A stretch of DNA of 46,917 nucleotides, from contig NC_068993.1 of assembly GCF_001194135.2 (NCBI RefSeq), forward strand, positions 52,360,424 through 52,407,340. The letters run 5' to 3'. Every line of letters starts with the position of its first letter. The first letter of the stretch is position 1. The notes under the pieces are model-generated. The model did not search any database. It saw only the letters and a list, made by a program, of their open reading frames with translations, and was not told the DNA's origin. Made by a program: the position numbers and the translations under genes. This document shows, in pieces, positions 1 to 12,978 of this stretch. Origin of the DNA: Octopus bimaculoides (taxonomy: Eukaryota).

Positions 1-549
1 TATTTAAAAAAAGCATTTCTATTTACAATTTTTATTTTAAAAATGTGAAGGAAGTATTATGAAAATACTAATTGTTTTACAACTCATACTCCACAAATAG
101 AATTAAATTTATCTCCTTTTCGCAGTTTCTTTTTCTTTCCATCTTACCATTATATATTTTTTTTCTTTTTACAGTCTTTCTATCTTTCTTTTCTTTTGTC
201 ACATTTTCCTTTGTTATTCCCATGACATGCGACTGCTGTTTTAACTCTGTGTGTGTATGTGTGTGTGTATGTGTTAACTTGAAGAATATGTAAGAAATTC
301 TTCCTATACATGTTTTGTTTCTCAACTGCAAAGCTTACAATGTTTAAATATTTTTTTTTAATCAGGTGAGTTGATTCTGTTTGAATACACTATTTCTGCT
401 GTCTGCGTAGATTATTGCAGAATTTGCTATTCCACCTGCCCTCCCTCCCCTCCCCCGCCCACCAACTAAATACTTCCCTTCTGACTTGCTCAACAATTGT
501 CTCCGAAGCAAATTGACAGTATCAGTGTGCACGTGTGTGTGTATTCATG

Positions 550-870
550 AGTGTGTGTGTGTAAGTTTATGTATGTGTCTGTGTACATACATGTGTTTAT
601 GTGCATGTATGCCTTTGCATATATATTTGTGGTTGTATGTAAAGTGTATATCGTTATGCATGTGTGTGCATGTGTATGTATATGTATGCGTGTGCATATA
701 TATGCATATGTGTGTATCTGTGTGTGAGTGTGTAAGTTTATGTATGTGTCTGCGGATATACATGTATTTTGTGTGTGTATGTCTTTCCTTATATATTTAT
801 GGTTGCATGTAAAGTGTATACGTTTATGTGTGTGCATGTGTATATATATATATGTATGTGTATGTGTGAT
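550..870. repeat. Diverged tandem duplication (period about 170 bp) of TG-rich cryptic sequence
   Basis: gtgtgtaagtttatgtatgtgtctg ... tggttg(t/c)atgtaaagtgtata occurs twice. Confidence 0.8.
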
Positions 871-1550
871 CGCATAACAGTCTATGTGCCATTAACATCT
901 GCTTTTTCAATGTTGCATAGATTATATAAACGCCACACACTTTAACCAATATTCACTTCTTATAACAAAGAATTTGCAGTTGTATAATGAATAGCACCAA
1001 AATGTTGATGTAGCTGCAGCCACTATTCCGTGTAGATAGCTTTATATTTCATGCTATATAACGACATAACAGTTCCCTTGCATATATTATTGAATGATTG
1101 TGACATGTAGCTGTATGGCGTGCTATAGCCTTGTTGCATGGTGTGTTTAGCTGCTTAGCATGCCATCTAACTACTATGTTCATTTAAAGGCCAATTAACT
1201 ATTAATAATATCATTTCTACATCATGTTGATGAAGATTAGTCAGCAATTGGAGAACTACTCTACAGAAGAGATGCATCAGTAAAAATACATGCATATGTA
1301 CTGCCTCTTCATACATGCATAATTACATACACACCAATGTGTGCACAGATACATTATCAGTATAAACACAAACACCTACATAGACGAGTACAGATACACG
1401 TACAGTTTTGTCATATAATATAGATGTGTGATGTATCTTTGTATTTGTCTTGTTCACTTAAGGATAAGGGTCCGGCTACCGTATTTAAAATATTGTTTGT
1501 GTGTCCTATTAATATTCTGTTACATCAGAATCTATCAGTTTAAAACAGTC

Positions 1551-1616
<66 letters not shown>

Positions 1617-1637
1617 TGTAGTTGTTATAATATTCCT

Positions 1638-1830
1638 AAAGGCATTGAGCTGCCAGAATTATTAGCATGTCAGGCAAAATGTTTAGAAGCATTTCCTCCG
1701 GCTCTTTGAATTTTGAATTCAGATCTTGGCCAAGGTCAACTTTGCCTTTCATCCTTTTGCTGGAGATAAAATAAAATGACCTATTTCCCTCAAAATTGAT
1801 GGCCTTGTACCTAAATTAGAAAGAATTATT
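1638..1830 (+). mobile_element. Diverged SINE family B
   Basis: gagctgccagaattattagcatgtcaggcaaaatg ... caactttgcctttcatcctttt. Confidence 0.72.
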
Positions 1831-2122
1831 GTAATATTTCTACTTAGATTAAACAGGCATGTTTGTGTAGTTAACAAGTTTGCTTCACAACTCCATGGTT
1901 TGGAGTTCAGTTTTGAAGCCATGAAATTGTGGCACCTTGAGCAAGTATTTTTTACCATAGCCTTGAGTTTACTAAAGACTAAAGTGTTTTTTTACCATAG
2001 CCTTGGGTTGACTAAAGACTTGGAAGTGAACTTTAGTTAGACAGAAATTTTGTGGAATCCCAGCAGAGATATGACTGAATTACATCAAACACCTAAGAGT
2101 GGCTCCTGTCACTAGGTCTTAC

Positions 2123-2192
2123 CTGGAAGTATTCTGGCCAAGTCTCTGGTTTGAAGAAACTTCCATTCTTTTTACTACCAGTCTTTAAGATC
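2123..2192 (-). CDS. Isolated candidate exon on the - strand (x-ILKTGSKKNGSFFKPETWPEYFQ), phase 2 to 0
   Basis: Minus-strand acceptor ccatgacctttttttgcag; donor CAG|gtaaga; only one frame is open. Confidence 0.38.
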
Positions 2193-2310
2193 CTGCAAAA
2201 AAGGTCATGGGTACTGGCTAAGCCATAAAAATATGAAGAAAATAAAATACAAAAAAAAATCTGTTCTGTGAGTGAATGATAAGCTATTCCTCTAAGACTA
2301 TCATTTAGAG

Positions 2311-2567
2311 CAGTGGTTCCCAACATGGGTGGTGGAAAGAACAGGGGTGGGGTATGAAAAAAGTGTGGGTGATAAATGGGGTGGCAAAAGGGAGCAATGG
2401 ATCTAAAAATAACAAAATAACAGATTAATGAGGTGAAGTTTTATTTGTGAAATTTAGTTGCTTTGACTTTGATGCAGAAAAAATGGCCTATGTTTGTGGT
2501 GGTAAGTAGGGGTGGAGTGCGAGGAATGTTGTCTGGGTGGCAACCTGTAAATCTTTGGGAACTACTG
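2311..2567. mobile_element. hAT (Charlie-like) MITE
   Basis: TIRs cagtggttcccaa and ttgggaactactg; 8-bp flanks atttagag and gtttacag (6/8 identical) fit a decayed hAT TSD. Confidence 0.75.
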
Positions 2568-3380
2568 GTTTACAGTGTCTTGGATAAAAATTAATAACTT
2601 AAGTGCAAAATCTCATTTTAGGTAACTTTTTGATTATATTGACTCAGTGTTTGATAGGTAGTTATTTTGTTGTACATGGAAGGATGAAGGGAATATTATG
2701 GAAAATAGTGAGGGAGGATTCCAAAAATTCCATTATATGAAATCATGAAAATCAACAGGATAGAATAATAATAAAGATGATGATGATGATAATCACAATG
2801 ATGTTGTCTGCTTTTGATACAGGCACAATGCCACAAATTTATGGGGAAGGATTAACACCAGAACTTGATTGGTACTTTATATTATTGACACTAGGAGAAG
2901 TGTGACTGATGAAGGGCCATTAAAAAACAGTGCAGAGAGGGATCTACGCAGAATATTGTGCAGCCTGCTCAATATAGTAGCCAACATCTACCGGAAATAT
3001 GGTTACCTTTTCTAAAAAAGGACATACATGTCAAAACACCACTCTTGCACATGCACAAACACACATACACATGCACAAAGAGAGAGAGACAAACAAACAG
3101 AAAGACAGATACACACAGAGACAGAGAGGTGGAAGATTTCATTAAAATCAACTGCCATCTGACAAGGCCACATTTAAGTCAACAGTCATTTAAAAAAAAG
3201 GGGGGGGGAGTATTTGCACTGTTAAACCTGCAATCATTCATCTGTTCATTTAATGCCTGTTTTTGTCCCTGACAGGATTTTGTTTGGACATTTATTAGAC
3301 ACTACAGGAGTAACATGTAGAATAATGCAGAACATGTAGAACATGTAGAACAACGATTGTTCAATTTTTCTATTCCACAG

Positions 3381-3446
3381 GTTGTTGAAAATGCAACACA
3401 GCCTAACACGTTATCGACAAGGAATGCAAACGTCATATCAGCTGCA
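3381..3446 (+). CDS. Candidate coding exon P1 of an unidentified + strand gene (VVENATQPNTLSTRNANVISAA), phase 0 to 0
   Basis: Acceptor tttttctattccacag at 3365-3380; donor GCA|gtaaca (moderate); 66 nt open in frame 0; joins in frame to P2. Confidence 0.42.
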
Positions 3447-3503
3447 GTAACAAGCAAAGCTCACATACATCTGTGCACACATGCACACACACATGCACAC
3501 ACA

Positions 3504-3537
<34 letters not shown>

Positions 3538-4017
3538 AGACATAAGGATCACTGTTAGAAAGCTAACTGAATGTTCTAAAAAGCATTTGCATAGCTAGCT
3601 TCGTGCCATACATCTACTCAAACAGCTTTGACTAAAATTACCCTATAACCATAACAGCAACAACAACAACACTAATAATTTTTACAATGTTTGCACAGAA
3701 ATACTTCACAGTCTGCTGTAATGCTAGAGTACCTTCCATGTTATACCCCCCCCCCTTTTTTTTTAGCTGTCCTTATATTTGACTTGTCAAGTTAATATCA
3801 ATTGGTACCCTCCTTAATGTCCAACAGCCATCACCACCAGTTCATGTAAAGTGGAGTTATCATTGAAATGCTGAGGGGTGCACAATCATCCCCTGAACAT
3901 TTTATTATCATCCCACCCCCTTCATCACCATGCCAACCAGATCTTTTACAAACAGCACTATTTGTAGATGTTATTTTGAAAGCACTTGCAATAAAAAGTA
4001 ATCATGCCATAGGTACA

Positions 4018-4850
4018 AGCAAGGTTGTGTGGTAAGAAATTTGCTTACCAACCGCATGGTTCTAGGTTCAGTCCCACTGTGTTGTGCCTTAGGCAAATTT
4101 CTTCTACTAAAGCCACTGACTGAATAAAGTCTTGTGAGTGGATTTGGTAGATGGAAACTGAAAGAAGCCCATTGTATCTATACATATATCTATGTGTATG
4201 TGTCTTCGTGTCTGTGATTGTCCCCTTCCCTCTACTGCCACTACTTGACAACTGGTGTTGGTGTATTTACATCCCTCTAACTTAGCAGTTCAGCACAAGC
4301 GGCTGATAGAATAAGTACCAGGCTTTGCAAATAAATAAATAAAGTATTGGGGGTCAATTCACTTGACTAAAATTCCTCAAGGTTGTGCTCCAGCTCCAGC
4401 ATGGCCATAGTCTAATGACTGAAATAAGTAAAAAAAATTTTAGAAAAACGAAAAAAAAATGTGTGGCTGTGTGGTTAAGAAAGTTGCTTCTCAATCCTGT
4501 GGTTCTGGGTTCAATCTCACTATGCAACATCTTAGACAAACCTCTGGTTGACCAATATCTTTTGGGGAAAATTAGTCGATGGAAACTCTATAGAAGCCTG
4601 AAATGTGTGTGTACATCTGTCTGTCTAGCTATATTTGTGTTCATATCTATATTCATGTTCACACCAGTCTAAAAGTTGGTGTTGTTTTCCTTTAATCTCC
4701 CATAGCTTAACAGTCCAACATACAGATATCAATAAAAAATAGTACAGGGCTAAAATAATTATTGGGATTTGATATGACTGCCTAAAAATTCTTAAGCTTG
4801 TGTCCCAGCATGGTTTCCACCCATTAAGTAAAGCAGGTAAAAGAAAAGAA
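4018..4850 (+). mobile_element. Two adjacent diverged SINE family A copies (about 4018-4432 and 4462-4850)
   Basis: Colinear homology to 18888-19303 from head to tail in both copies. Confidence 0.78.
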
Positions 4851-5976
4851 AGCAGAAGAGCTTGTGCTAAAATTATCCCGCATGTTCATGTGCACACACA
4901 GTTTCTCTGTCATTAAGTCTGATTTGTTGCCTCTTTAAAAGGATTTCAGACGTGGATTATTTTCCAAGTTAGAAAAGGAAAATTAATATCTCATTTGGAA
5001 GGAGTATTTTAATGTTTTTGAAAAATGTTTTAATATAAACTACTTGACATTCGACTTTGGGAAACTTTATAATATATTAACCGCAATCATCGTGATATAA
5101 GCTTGCATTAATTTTATTTATTGTATTTTTTTTTTTTACTGTTAATTACTTCATTATGGGGAATTTTAAGATTCTAAGCCCTCACAGAATTTAATTATTA
5201 ATGATAGCAATTGTTTATCATGCAAAAATGTACCAGCTGACACTGAAATTATCATATGTAATGATTGGAAACTATTTTCTATTCCCTATCTACATTATCC
5301 AACTTGTATAATTCTATGATTCTTCATTCAAAAAGACGTAATTTATATGGCTCATTGACAAATTGCTTAATGTTAAAGGGACATTGTAATGCATAAAAGC
5401 AATGAAAGGGGTTATTAATAAACCTGAAGTGTATTCAGCAATAATGCTAGCTCTTAGCCAGCAGATATTCAATTTCTTATAATTAAAAATCATTCAATTA
5501 TTCAGGATGATCCCTACTTCCCTTCTTAATCATTGATATCATAGAAACAGTGAAGTTGCAAACTTCAAATACCTGCAAAACAGACAAGGCTGAATAGTTA
5601 AAGTCGAATACTTTGAATTCCAATGGATTGAATTCAGTTCGAACAATGAAGAGAAGAGTCTCATATTTCAGACGATTCTGGTGTCAAAATGTTGCTATCT
5701 GATTTAGTTCAAAGTTTTAGATTCTAGGACAGGTTGATGCTTTATCTCATAAAATTAGTTTAAACATCCAGATGTATTACTCGTTGTGTCAAAAGAATGT
5801 TATGTTACAGTTCTTTGGAACTGATCTGAATCTCTTTTATTTCACATGATTACTGACCTTTTACAAATGAATATCTTATGTCTTTTTTCAATTGTTAGAT
5901 TTCTGTTATGCTGAGACACTACTTCGAAGGGTTTAGACAAACAAATCACCCCACTCCCCAGTTTTTATTTTTTTAA

Positions 5977-6161
5977 CCCTTTATGATTTAAACCGGGCAT
6001 ATCGGGCCCCCATATTTTATGTTTTATATTTAAACTGACCAGATTCAGTCTACCATACATATCATATTGAAATCTTGAAGCTGCGAGATAATGCATGATT
6101 AATTCAAACCAATGTGAATAAATAAGCAATATATTTCTCAAAGCAACGAAATGCTAAAGAG
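5977..6161. mobile_element. piggyBac-type (TTAA) MITE
   Basis: ttaa|ccctttatgattt ... aaatgctaaagag|ttaa. Confidence 0.7.
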
Positions 6162-6166
6162 TTAAA

Positions 6167-6400
6167 TCTGGTATTGTTCTATTGGTTTCTTATGTGAAAC
6201 CACTTAAGTTATGGGGGCATAACCAAACCAACACTGATTGTCAAGTGATGATAGGGAACATGCACAAAGGCACACACACACACACACACACACATGTATA
6301 TATGCAATGGGCTTCCACACAGTTTCTATCTACCAAATTCTCTCATAAAGCATTGGTTGGCCTGAGGCTTAGTGAAATTCATTTGCCCAAGGTGTCATGT
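6167..6400 (-). mobile_element. Diverged SINE family A fragment
   Basis: Reverse-complement homology (ttgcccaaggtgtc, tctaccaaatt, accaacactgattgtcaag). Confidence 0.7.
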
Positions 6401-7539
6401 AGTTACAAAGCAAGTTTCTTTACCACACAGGCATGCCTGTGTATGTGTTTGCTTACTATATTATTTGTATCTGTACCCTTTATATATTTTTCATTTATTT
6501 ACTTATTCATCTCTATTTCTAATATTTCATCATTAGTATGTGCATGTGTGTCTTTTGTGTGTGTCTACATGGGTTTATGTCTATATATATATNNNNNNNN
6601 NNNNNNNNNNNNNNNNNNNNNNNNNNNNNNNNNNNNNNNNNNNNNNNNNNNNNNNNNNNNNNNNNNNNNNNNNNNNNNNNNNNNNNNNNNNNNNNNNNNN
6701 NNNNNNNNNNNNNNNNNNNNNNNNNNNNNNNNNNNNNNNNNNNNNNNNNNNNNNNNNNNNNNNNNNNNNNNNNNNNNNNNNNNNNNNNNNNNNNNNNNNN
6801 NNNNNNNNNNNNNNNNNNNNNNNNNNNNNNNNNNNNNNNNNNNNNNNNNNNNNNNNNNNNNNNNNNNNNNNNNNNNNNNNNNNNNNNNNNNNNNNNNNNN
6901 NNNNNNNNNNNNNNNNNNNNNNNNNNNNNNNNNNNNNNNNNNNNNNNNNNNNNNNNNNNNNNNNNNNNNNNNNNNNNNNNNNNNNNNNNNNNNNNNNTCT
7001 TAATCACATAGCCTTGTAGGTATTTCTTGTCTATGTTTTCTATCTATAATGAATATTACATGTAACATGTCAAAGGTTATGGCTATTATTGTTCTTAAAG
7101 TTAGTTTATATTATTTCTATTTTGTCTTGTGGGTTCTTGTCTTTTGTATTTTTACTACTGTTTTAGCTACTTTCTACAGTTCTTTGTATCATTTTTGTCT
7201 TTCATAATATTGATATTATCATCTAGATTATTCAACATTTTATTTCGTATTTTTTTTTTGTCTTTGTTCACAGAATGCCTCAAATTCTGATGAATAGTCT
7301 GTCACTTCTTTTCAAGTTTTCAAGCCAAATCAATTTCAATTTTTTTTTTCTGTATGAAAGACATACACTTTATCTATTTCATTGATTTCAAGCCATGGCA
7401 AAGGTGCAAAAGCATCTCATATCTGTATTTTAAACTCTCAAGCTAGTTCTCTCTCTAAGGATAATTTTGTTCACATCATATTGTTTTTGCATTTTCCATC
7501 ATTGACTTCTTCATATACTCTGTAATGTCTTATACACCC

Positions 7540-7760
7540 TATAGTGGTTTCAAATTTTGGCACAAGGTCAGTAAGTTCAGGAAAGGAGGTAAGTTGATTA
7601 CATCAACCCCAGTACTCATCAGGTACTTATTTTATCAACCCTGAAAGGATAAAATGTAAAGTCAACCTTAGTGGAATTTGAACTCAAAACATAAAGACAG
7701 GTAAAATGCTGCCAAGCATTTTTCCCTGACATGCTAACAATTCTGCCAGCCAGCCACCTT
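7540..7760 (-). mobile_element. Diverged SINE family B
   Basis: ccccagtactcatcaggtacttattttatcaaccctgaaaggat ... ttctgccagc. Confidence 0.78.
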
Positions 7761-7943
7761 AAATTATATATTCTGTATTGAGAAGGTATTTGAGGTGTAT
7801 ATCAGATATACAAAAAAAAAAGTAATAAAATAAACACTCTCTTCTAAGTTCTTTTTTTTTCTGATTTATTGTAATAAATTATATATTTGTTGGTTATTAA
7901 GATTTATGTTCATAACCTTGTAGTAACCTTGCATTTTTGTTAG

Positions 7944-8006
7944 TTATTAATCAAGCTTTGTGGCGTGGAGCTAAAAGAGGGAAAGTTATGGCAAGAAAGG
8001 AGAAAT
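7944..8006 (+). CDS. Candidate coding exon P2 (LLIKLCGVELKEGKLWQERRN), phase 0 to 0
   Basis: Acceptor ccttgcatttttgttag; donor AAT|gtaggt; 63 nt, purine-rich and open in frame 0 within an otherwise T-rich context. Confidence 0.48.
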
Positions 8007-8111
8007 GTAGGTGTATAATATTATCACAATAATTCAAACTATTTGACAGTAACAAATAGTCTGTGTGCTTCTGTATGTATGTATGTATGTATATATATAT
8101 ATATATATATA

Positions 8112-8528
8112 CAAGTTCTGATCAATAAGTATCTGAACTGTTACCATAGTAACAAAGCTAAAGCACTCAGAGTGAAGCTCCTTGACAAACATTGACTTTG
8201 AACTCTGCTATGCATGCACACTAAGATTTAATGTCCTAGCTCACTTCTGCTGTTTACAGCAGTGCTTGGAAGGAAGGTGTGTAGCACATGATCATTGCAC
8301 TGAACATGACAGAGAAAGTTGCTCAGAGGCCTACGCAAAGTTGGAGAAAGTGTATGGAGAGGAGTGTATGAGCCACACACAAGTGTACGAGTGGTTCAGA
8401 CATTTCCAAAATGGCCAAAAATATGTCAGCATTGACGAACATTCTGGGAGACCCACAACCAACAGAACTAAGAAAAACATTGCTTCCTTACTATGGTAAC
8501 AGTCCAGATATTTATTGATCAGACCACA
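8112..8528 (+). mobile_element. Internally deleted mariner (Tc1/mariner) element with both TIRs; encodes only the HTH fragment
   Basis: TIR core tctgatcaataagtatctgaactgttaccatagtaa versus its inverse near 8488-8523 (2 mismatches in 36 nt); TA flanks; peptide SEAYAKLEKVYGEECMSHTQVYEWFRHFQNG...DEHSGRP. Confidence 0.9.
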
Positions 8529-8599
8529 TATATATAAGCATAGACACACACATATGTATAAATATATACACATTTATATATATATTTTTATATATACCT

Positions 8600-9775
8600 A
8601 GGCCTATTCCCCATTCTTTTAGTAGTGGGTAGCCACAACAAGACACACCAGGCATTCCATTCATTTTCCAGCTCAAAGAGGCATGCCCCATTCTATGCTC
8701 AGGTCAAGGCATAGAACACAGCCCCTTGTATCAACAGCAGGGCCTGACAGAATATGCTGGTTCACCCCTGCCGCATCATGCTGATTCCATACCCCTTTGA
8801 GCAACTTCAAATCCATTCATCCGTCCACAAACACTCTCCAAGCTCTCCTACCATTTCTAAACTCACTTGCCTCTCCCACTCCAACACCTCTAACCATCAA
8901 AGCTTTCCTCACTCAATCCATCCACACTAACTGAGGTCTGCCTCTGGTTCTGTTGCATACCACTTCTGCCTTTGTCACCCTCCTTACCATCTACTCCTCA
9001 TCCATCCTCTCCATGTCGCCAAACCACCTCAACATTCATCCATCCATTTTGGTTGTTAGTTTTTCTCTCATTTATGCTCACCTCCACACCTCCTCATTCC
9101 TCATCCTGTCTATATACGTGTCACACCAACCATAGCCCTCAAACATCTCATCTCACACACATCTAGTCACTTCCTTTCCGCCTCTCTCAGTCTCCACATC
9201 TCTGCACTATATAACATTGTTGGCACAATCACACCCTCATACACACCTCTTTTCGCTTTCATACTTAACCTTTTATCTCTCAGCATACCTTTCACAACTC
9301 CAAATATCTAACTCCACTCCTTCACTTTATATCCCACTTCCTCAGCCAACACTCCATCTGCCATCTCATGTGATCCTAGATACTTAGAAACACTCACTTC
9401 CTCTAACATCGCACTATTTATACTCATGCCCATCCTACCAGCCATTCCATCTCTCGAACATCTCATCACCTTACTCTTAGCTACATTCACTTTCAGTTTC
9501 CTCCTCTCACACACTCTTCCAAACTCTACCACCAGTCTCCTCAGTTGCTCTACCGAATCTGCCACCAGTACTGTATCATCAGCAAACAACAACTGACTCA
9601 CCTGCCATTTCTCTCCATTTTCTCCCAGGGCTCCCCTACCAAAGGTTCTAGCATTTACCACTCTCACCACACCATCCATATATAAATTAAACAACAACAG
9701 AGACATCACAGAACCCTGTCTTAAACCCACCTTCACATCAAACCACTCACTTACTTCACCACCCACTCTAACACA
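8600..9775 (-). mobile_element. 5'-truncated, decayed RTE-clade LINE (reverse transcriptase C-terminal half plus 3' UTR)
   Basis: ORF 9308-9766 contains GLRQGSVMSLLLFNLYMD, LLFADDTVLVA and KLKVNVAKSKVM. It continues with stops through VIVPTMLYSAEMW, EMRCLRAMVGVTR and MLRWFGDMERM...RGRP to about 8815. Confidence 0.93.
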
Positions 9776-10187
9776 TGCCCTACTTTATATATATATGTAT
9801 AAATTTAGACATACATATATATATATATATGTGTGTATGTATACATACGTGTGTGTATGTATGTGTGTTTATATGTACATGTGTGAATTTTTGGTTTTTC
9901 ACATGTATGCATGCATGCATATTTGGATGTAATGACCTCTTTAAAATATGTGCATTGTGATAACTAGTATTGTAATGAAAGTAGAAAAATTCCATGTGTA
10001 CTCTTAGAAAATAATATTCTTAAAGAAAAAAAATTGAAGGAGAACAGCAAACATTAATTCATATTCTTATTTTTATAGATATCTGTTCTACTGCTCTATT
10101 CTCATTTCTCTCTTACACCAAATGTGTTCATTGACATCAAAATAACAACCTATGGAATGTAATTGTATGGTATTGAGTGTATTTTGG

Positions 10188-10218
<31 letters not shown>

Positions 10219-10639
10219 TATATATGTATGCTGTATATTTTACTGAAAAGCCAAGGGAAAATGGAAAAGAAATACATTTGAATGAAAAGTGCTAATGTGT
10301 TACCTGAAACATAATATTAATTTTTGTGAAGCTCTTCATTTCTTTGTTTCATTCATTATTGCATCTGCTTTTTTGTTACTAGCACGGTTGAAAAGAATAC
10401 ATGTTGTTGAAGCATTGTTTTATGGCTAGATGCCCTATTGACTGCTAACCCTTACCTGTTTGAAAGTACAGAGCTACTGGAATTATTGACAGCTCAATGA
10501 CATCATAAAAAATTGACTATAGCTCATGCATTTTCCTATTTTTAATTCCAAACTGAATCATGTTGTACCAAACTTGATCGTTTTATCAACCACTCTAGTT
10601 AATAAAGAAAGCATCACTATTAAAGCTATTACATATTAC

Positions 10640-10790
10640 TGAAGTTAGTAGGGATGTTATTTTGAGGTTTGGTAACAACAATTCTTCTCAAATCTCAGGA
10701 ATCTTTCTCAGAATTCTTGGAGGAAATACAGGATAACAGTTTGGATATTGTGCCAATTACCATAGGAACAGTTGCCACTTTGATTTCTAA
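10640..10790 (-). mobile_element. Possible remnant of a restriction-like-endonuclease LINE (R4/NeSL/CRE-type) C-terminus
   Basis: EIKVATVPMVIGT...ISK resembles the IPIVIGALGTIPK tail of these elements. Confidence 0.3.
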
Positions 10791-11109
10791 AACCTTTTCA
10801 TCTCTCTGCCTAGTAATAGTAGCAGTATGGGGGCATGCACTGTAAAATCACATTGCTGCAGCCACCATTTGCTGGTGATTTCCTGCTCCTGGTGGACGAC
10901 ACCTTTGCACCACTCAGGCAACAACCCTCCAACCCAAAGGTTGGCTTGGATAGTTATTGCTGGTGAGGGTTTTACAAGGTCGGAGTGCAAATCTTACCTC
11001 AACCTCTTTTAGTCACCTTTTACAACATACACAGAAAACGTTGGATCTGTTCTTTGACAAGCCAGTCCCAAGCAGCCTAAGTCTTGATATTATTCCTTTG
11101 TAACACAGT

Positions 11110-11148
11110 ATTATTATTATTATTATAATTATTATTATTATTATTATA

Positions 11149-11183
<35 letters not shown>

Positions 11184-11207
11184 TATTATTATTATTATTA
11201 TTATTAT

Positions 11208-11271
<64 letters not shown>
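11110..11271. repeat. Compound trinucleotide microsatellite, (TAT)n switching to (TAG)n
   Basis: Direct reading. Confidence 0.95.
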
Positions 11272-11272
<1 letters not shown>

Positions 11273-11699
11273 TTTACAGTGATGATCTTGTTAACACTGG
11301 GTCAATGTAATCTACTAGCCCCTCCCCACAAATTTCAGTCCTTGTGCCTATAGTAGAAAGGATTATTATTATTATTATCATTATTATTATTATTATTGTT
11401 ATTTGTTCTGCGCTATCACACTCACGCTTTATTACCATTCACCATTCTGTGATTAATTTTTTCTATTTTTCTTTCATTCCCTTTTTTTAATATTTCTTTC
11501 TCTCTCGGCTCTCTACAGCTATTATCTGACATCATGTCTCCTATGTCTTTTTGATCTTATGGCAGTGGGCAAGTCCATTGTCAAACACACGTGCACACAC
11601 ACATACACCACACAAACACACTCACACACATACGCACACACTACATACGCACATGTACACACACACATACACACATACTCTTTCATCTAAGAATATTTT

Positions 11700-11929
11700 T
11701 TTCTACTATCTTTTATCTTTTTTCTTTTTTTTTTTGCTTGTTTCTGTCATTAAAGTGTGGACATGCTGGGGCACCACCTTGAAGAATTTTAGCCAAACGA
11801 ATTGACCCAGTACCTATATCTTTTTAAGCGTGGTATTATTGTATTAGTCTCTTTTGCTGAACCACTAAGGTTCAGGGACATAAACACATCAACGCTGATT
11901 GTCAAGCAGTGGTGGAGGGAAAAAACGCA

Positions 11930-11969
<40 letters not shown>

Positions 11970-12125
11970 ATGAGCTTCTTTCAGTTTCCAGCTATTAGAT
12001 TCACTCACATGGCTTTGGTCAGCCCAGGGCTGTAGTAGAAGACACTTTCCCAAGGTGCCATGCAACAGGACTGAACCTGGAACTATGTGGTTGGAAAGCA
12101 AACTTTTTACAACACTGCCATTTGT
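11700..12125 (-). mobile_element. SINE family A, near full length
   Basis: Reverse complement of the 18888 copy, including the (CA)n core. Confidence 0.82.
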
Positions 12126-12750
12126 GCACTTACTAAACTAGTATTTCAGATATTGCCTCAGGTGTTCCATCCTATTTTTGGATATCTAAGAATACATTTA
12201 TATATATATATATATATATCCTTCTTTTTATAAGATGGTAGGATAAGATTTCATAGAATTTGGCTGCTATTTCTTGCAGAGTAAGTGACTGCATAGAAGA
12301 GTCATCAGTGGCTCCTTCTCTTTCAATTAGTTCTCATAGCCATTGTAATGTCACCTAGATTGAAGACACAGGAAGAGTTAAATATGGTTGATGTGATTGG
12401 GTTTAATTCAGACTTCTAGAAGTAATATTTGGAGAGAAAATATAGATAGTAAGGTAGTTCTGAAGATAAGTAATTTACATTAGGAAATATTGAGCAAAAT
12501 ATAATTTAATATAGTGATGGGATGGTAAGGCACAATTCTCTAATTAAAAGAAGAAGAATAGGCATAACCAGTGGTGCATATATATTTATTATGCATGTGT
12601 ATTTTTTTCAAGAGTATTACAAATGAGATGAGTCTGCAAATTCCAATAAACTTTTTTTATAGCTGGCTTAGTTTTTTTTTTTAACAGATACCATTAAGTC
12701 ATGAATATATGTTGGTACAAGTAACCATTAACCAGCCACACACAATATAG

Positions 12751-12978
12751 CCCTTTAGCATTCAGATGACTTTGTCAAATGTAATGCTTATTTATTCACA
12801 TTTTTAAAAAGTTAATCCTGTATTAAAATTAATCTTGTCGCTGTGAGATTTCAAAGATGTGATTGTATATTTTTAGAATGACATTGCAGGGTAGGTATGA
12901 GAGGCTGGGCCCAGCTAATTTGAACATAAAGCAGGTAAAATATTTGGGCCAGATATGGTCAGTTCCGATGCTAAAGGG
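12751..12978. mobile_element. piggyBac-type MITE of the same family as 5977-6161, in the opposite orientation
   Basis: ccctttagcat ... atgctaaaggg|ttaa; shares internal atttattcacatt and tatttgggccagatatgg with the reverse complement of the 5977 copy. Confidence 0.72.

Noticed and set aside
2905-2935. ctgatgaagggcc...aaaaacag as a hammerhead
   Set aside because: No GAAA core or stem III; too degenerate.
2895-3014. + strand open frame RSVTDEGPLKNSAERDLRRILCSLLNIVANIYRKYGYLF* as an upstream exon
   Set aside because: The acceptor lies in a SINE remnant, and the only phase-compatible donor (ATA|gtagcc) is poor.
5500-5830. Protein-looking + frame (VKVEYFEFQWIEFSS...)
   Set aside because: Multiple stops, no recognisable motif and no usable splice sites.
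10079-10158. + strand exon-like segment ISVLLLYSHF...TTYG
   Set aside because: It ends in phase 2 and breaks the P2-P3 frame; the composition is low-complexity and pyrimidine-rich.
12688-12720. Small + strand exon IPLSHEYML(VQ) after tttttttttttaacag
   Set aside because: Phase-compatible, but the donors are weak and the segment is short; indistinguishable from chance.
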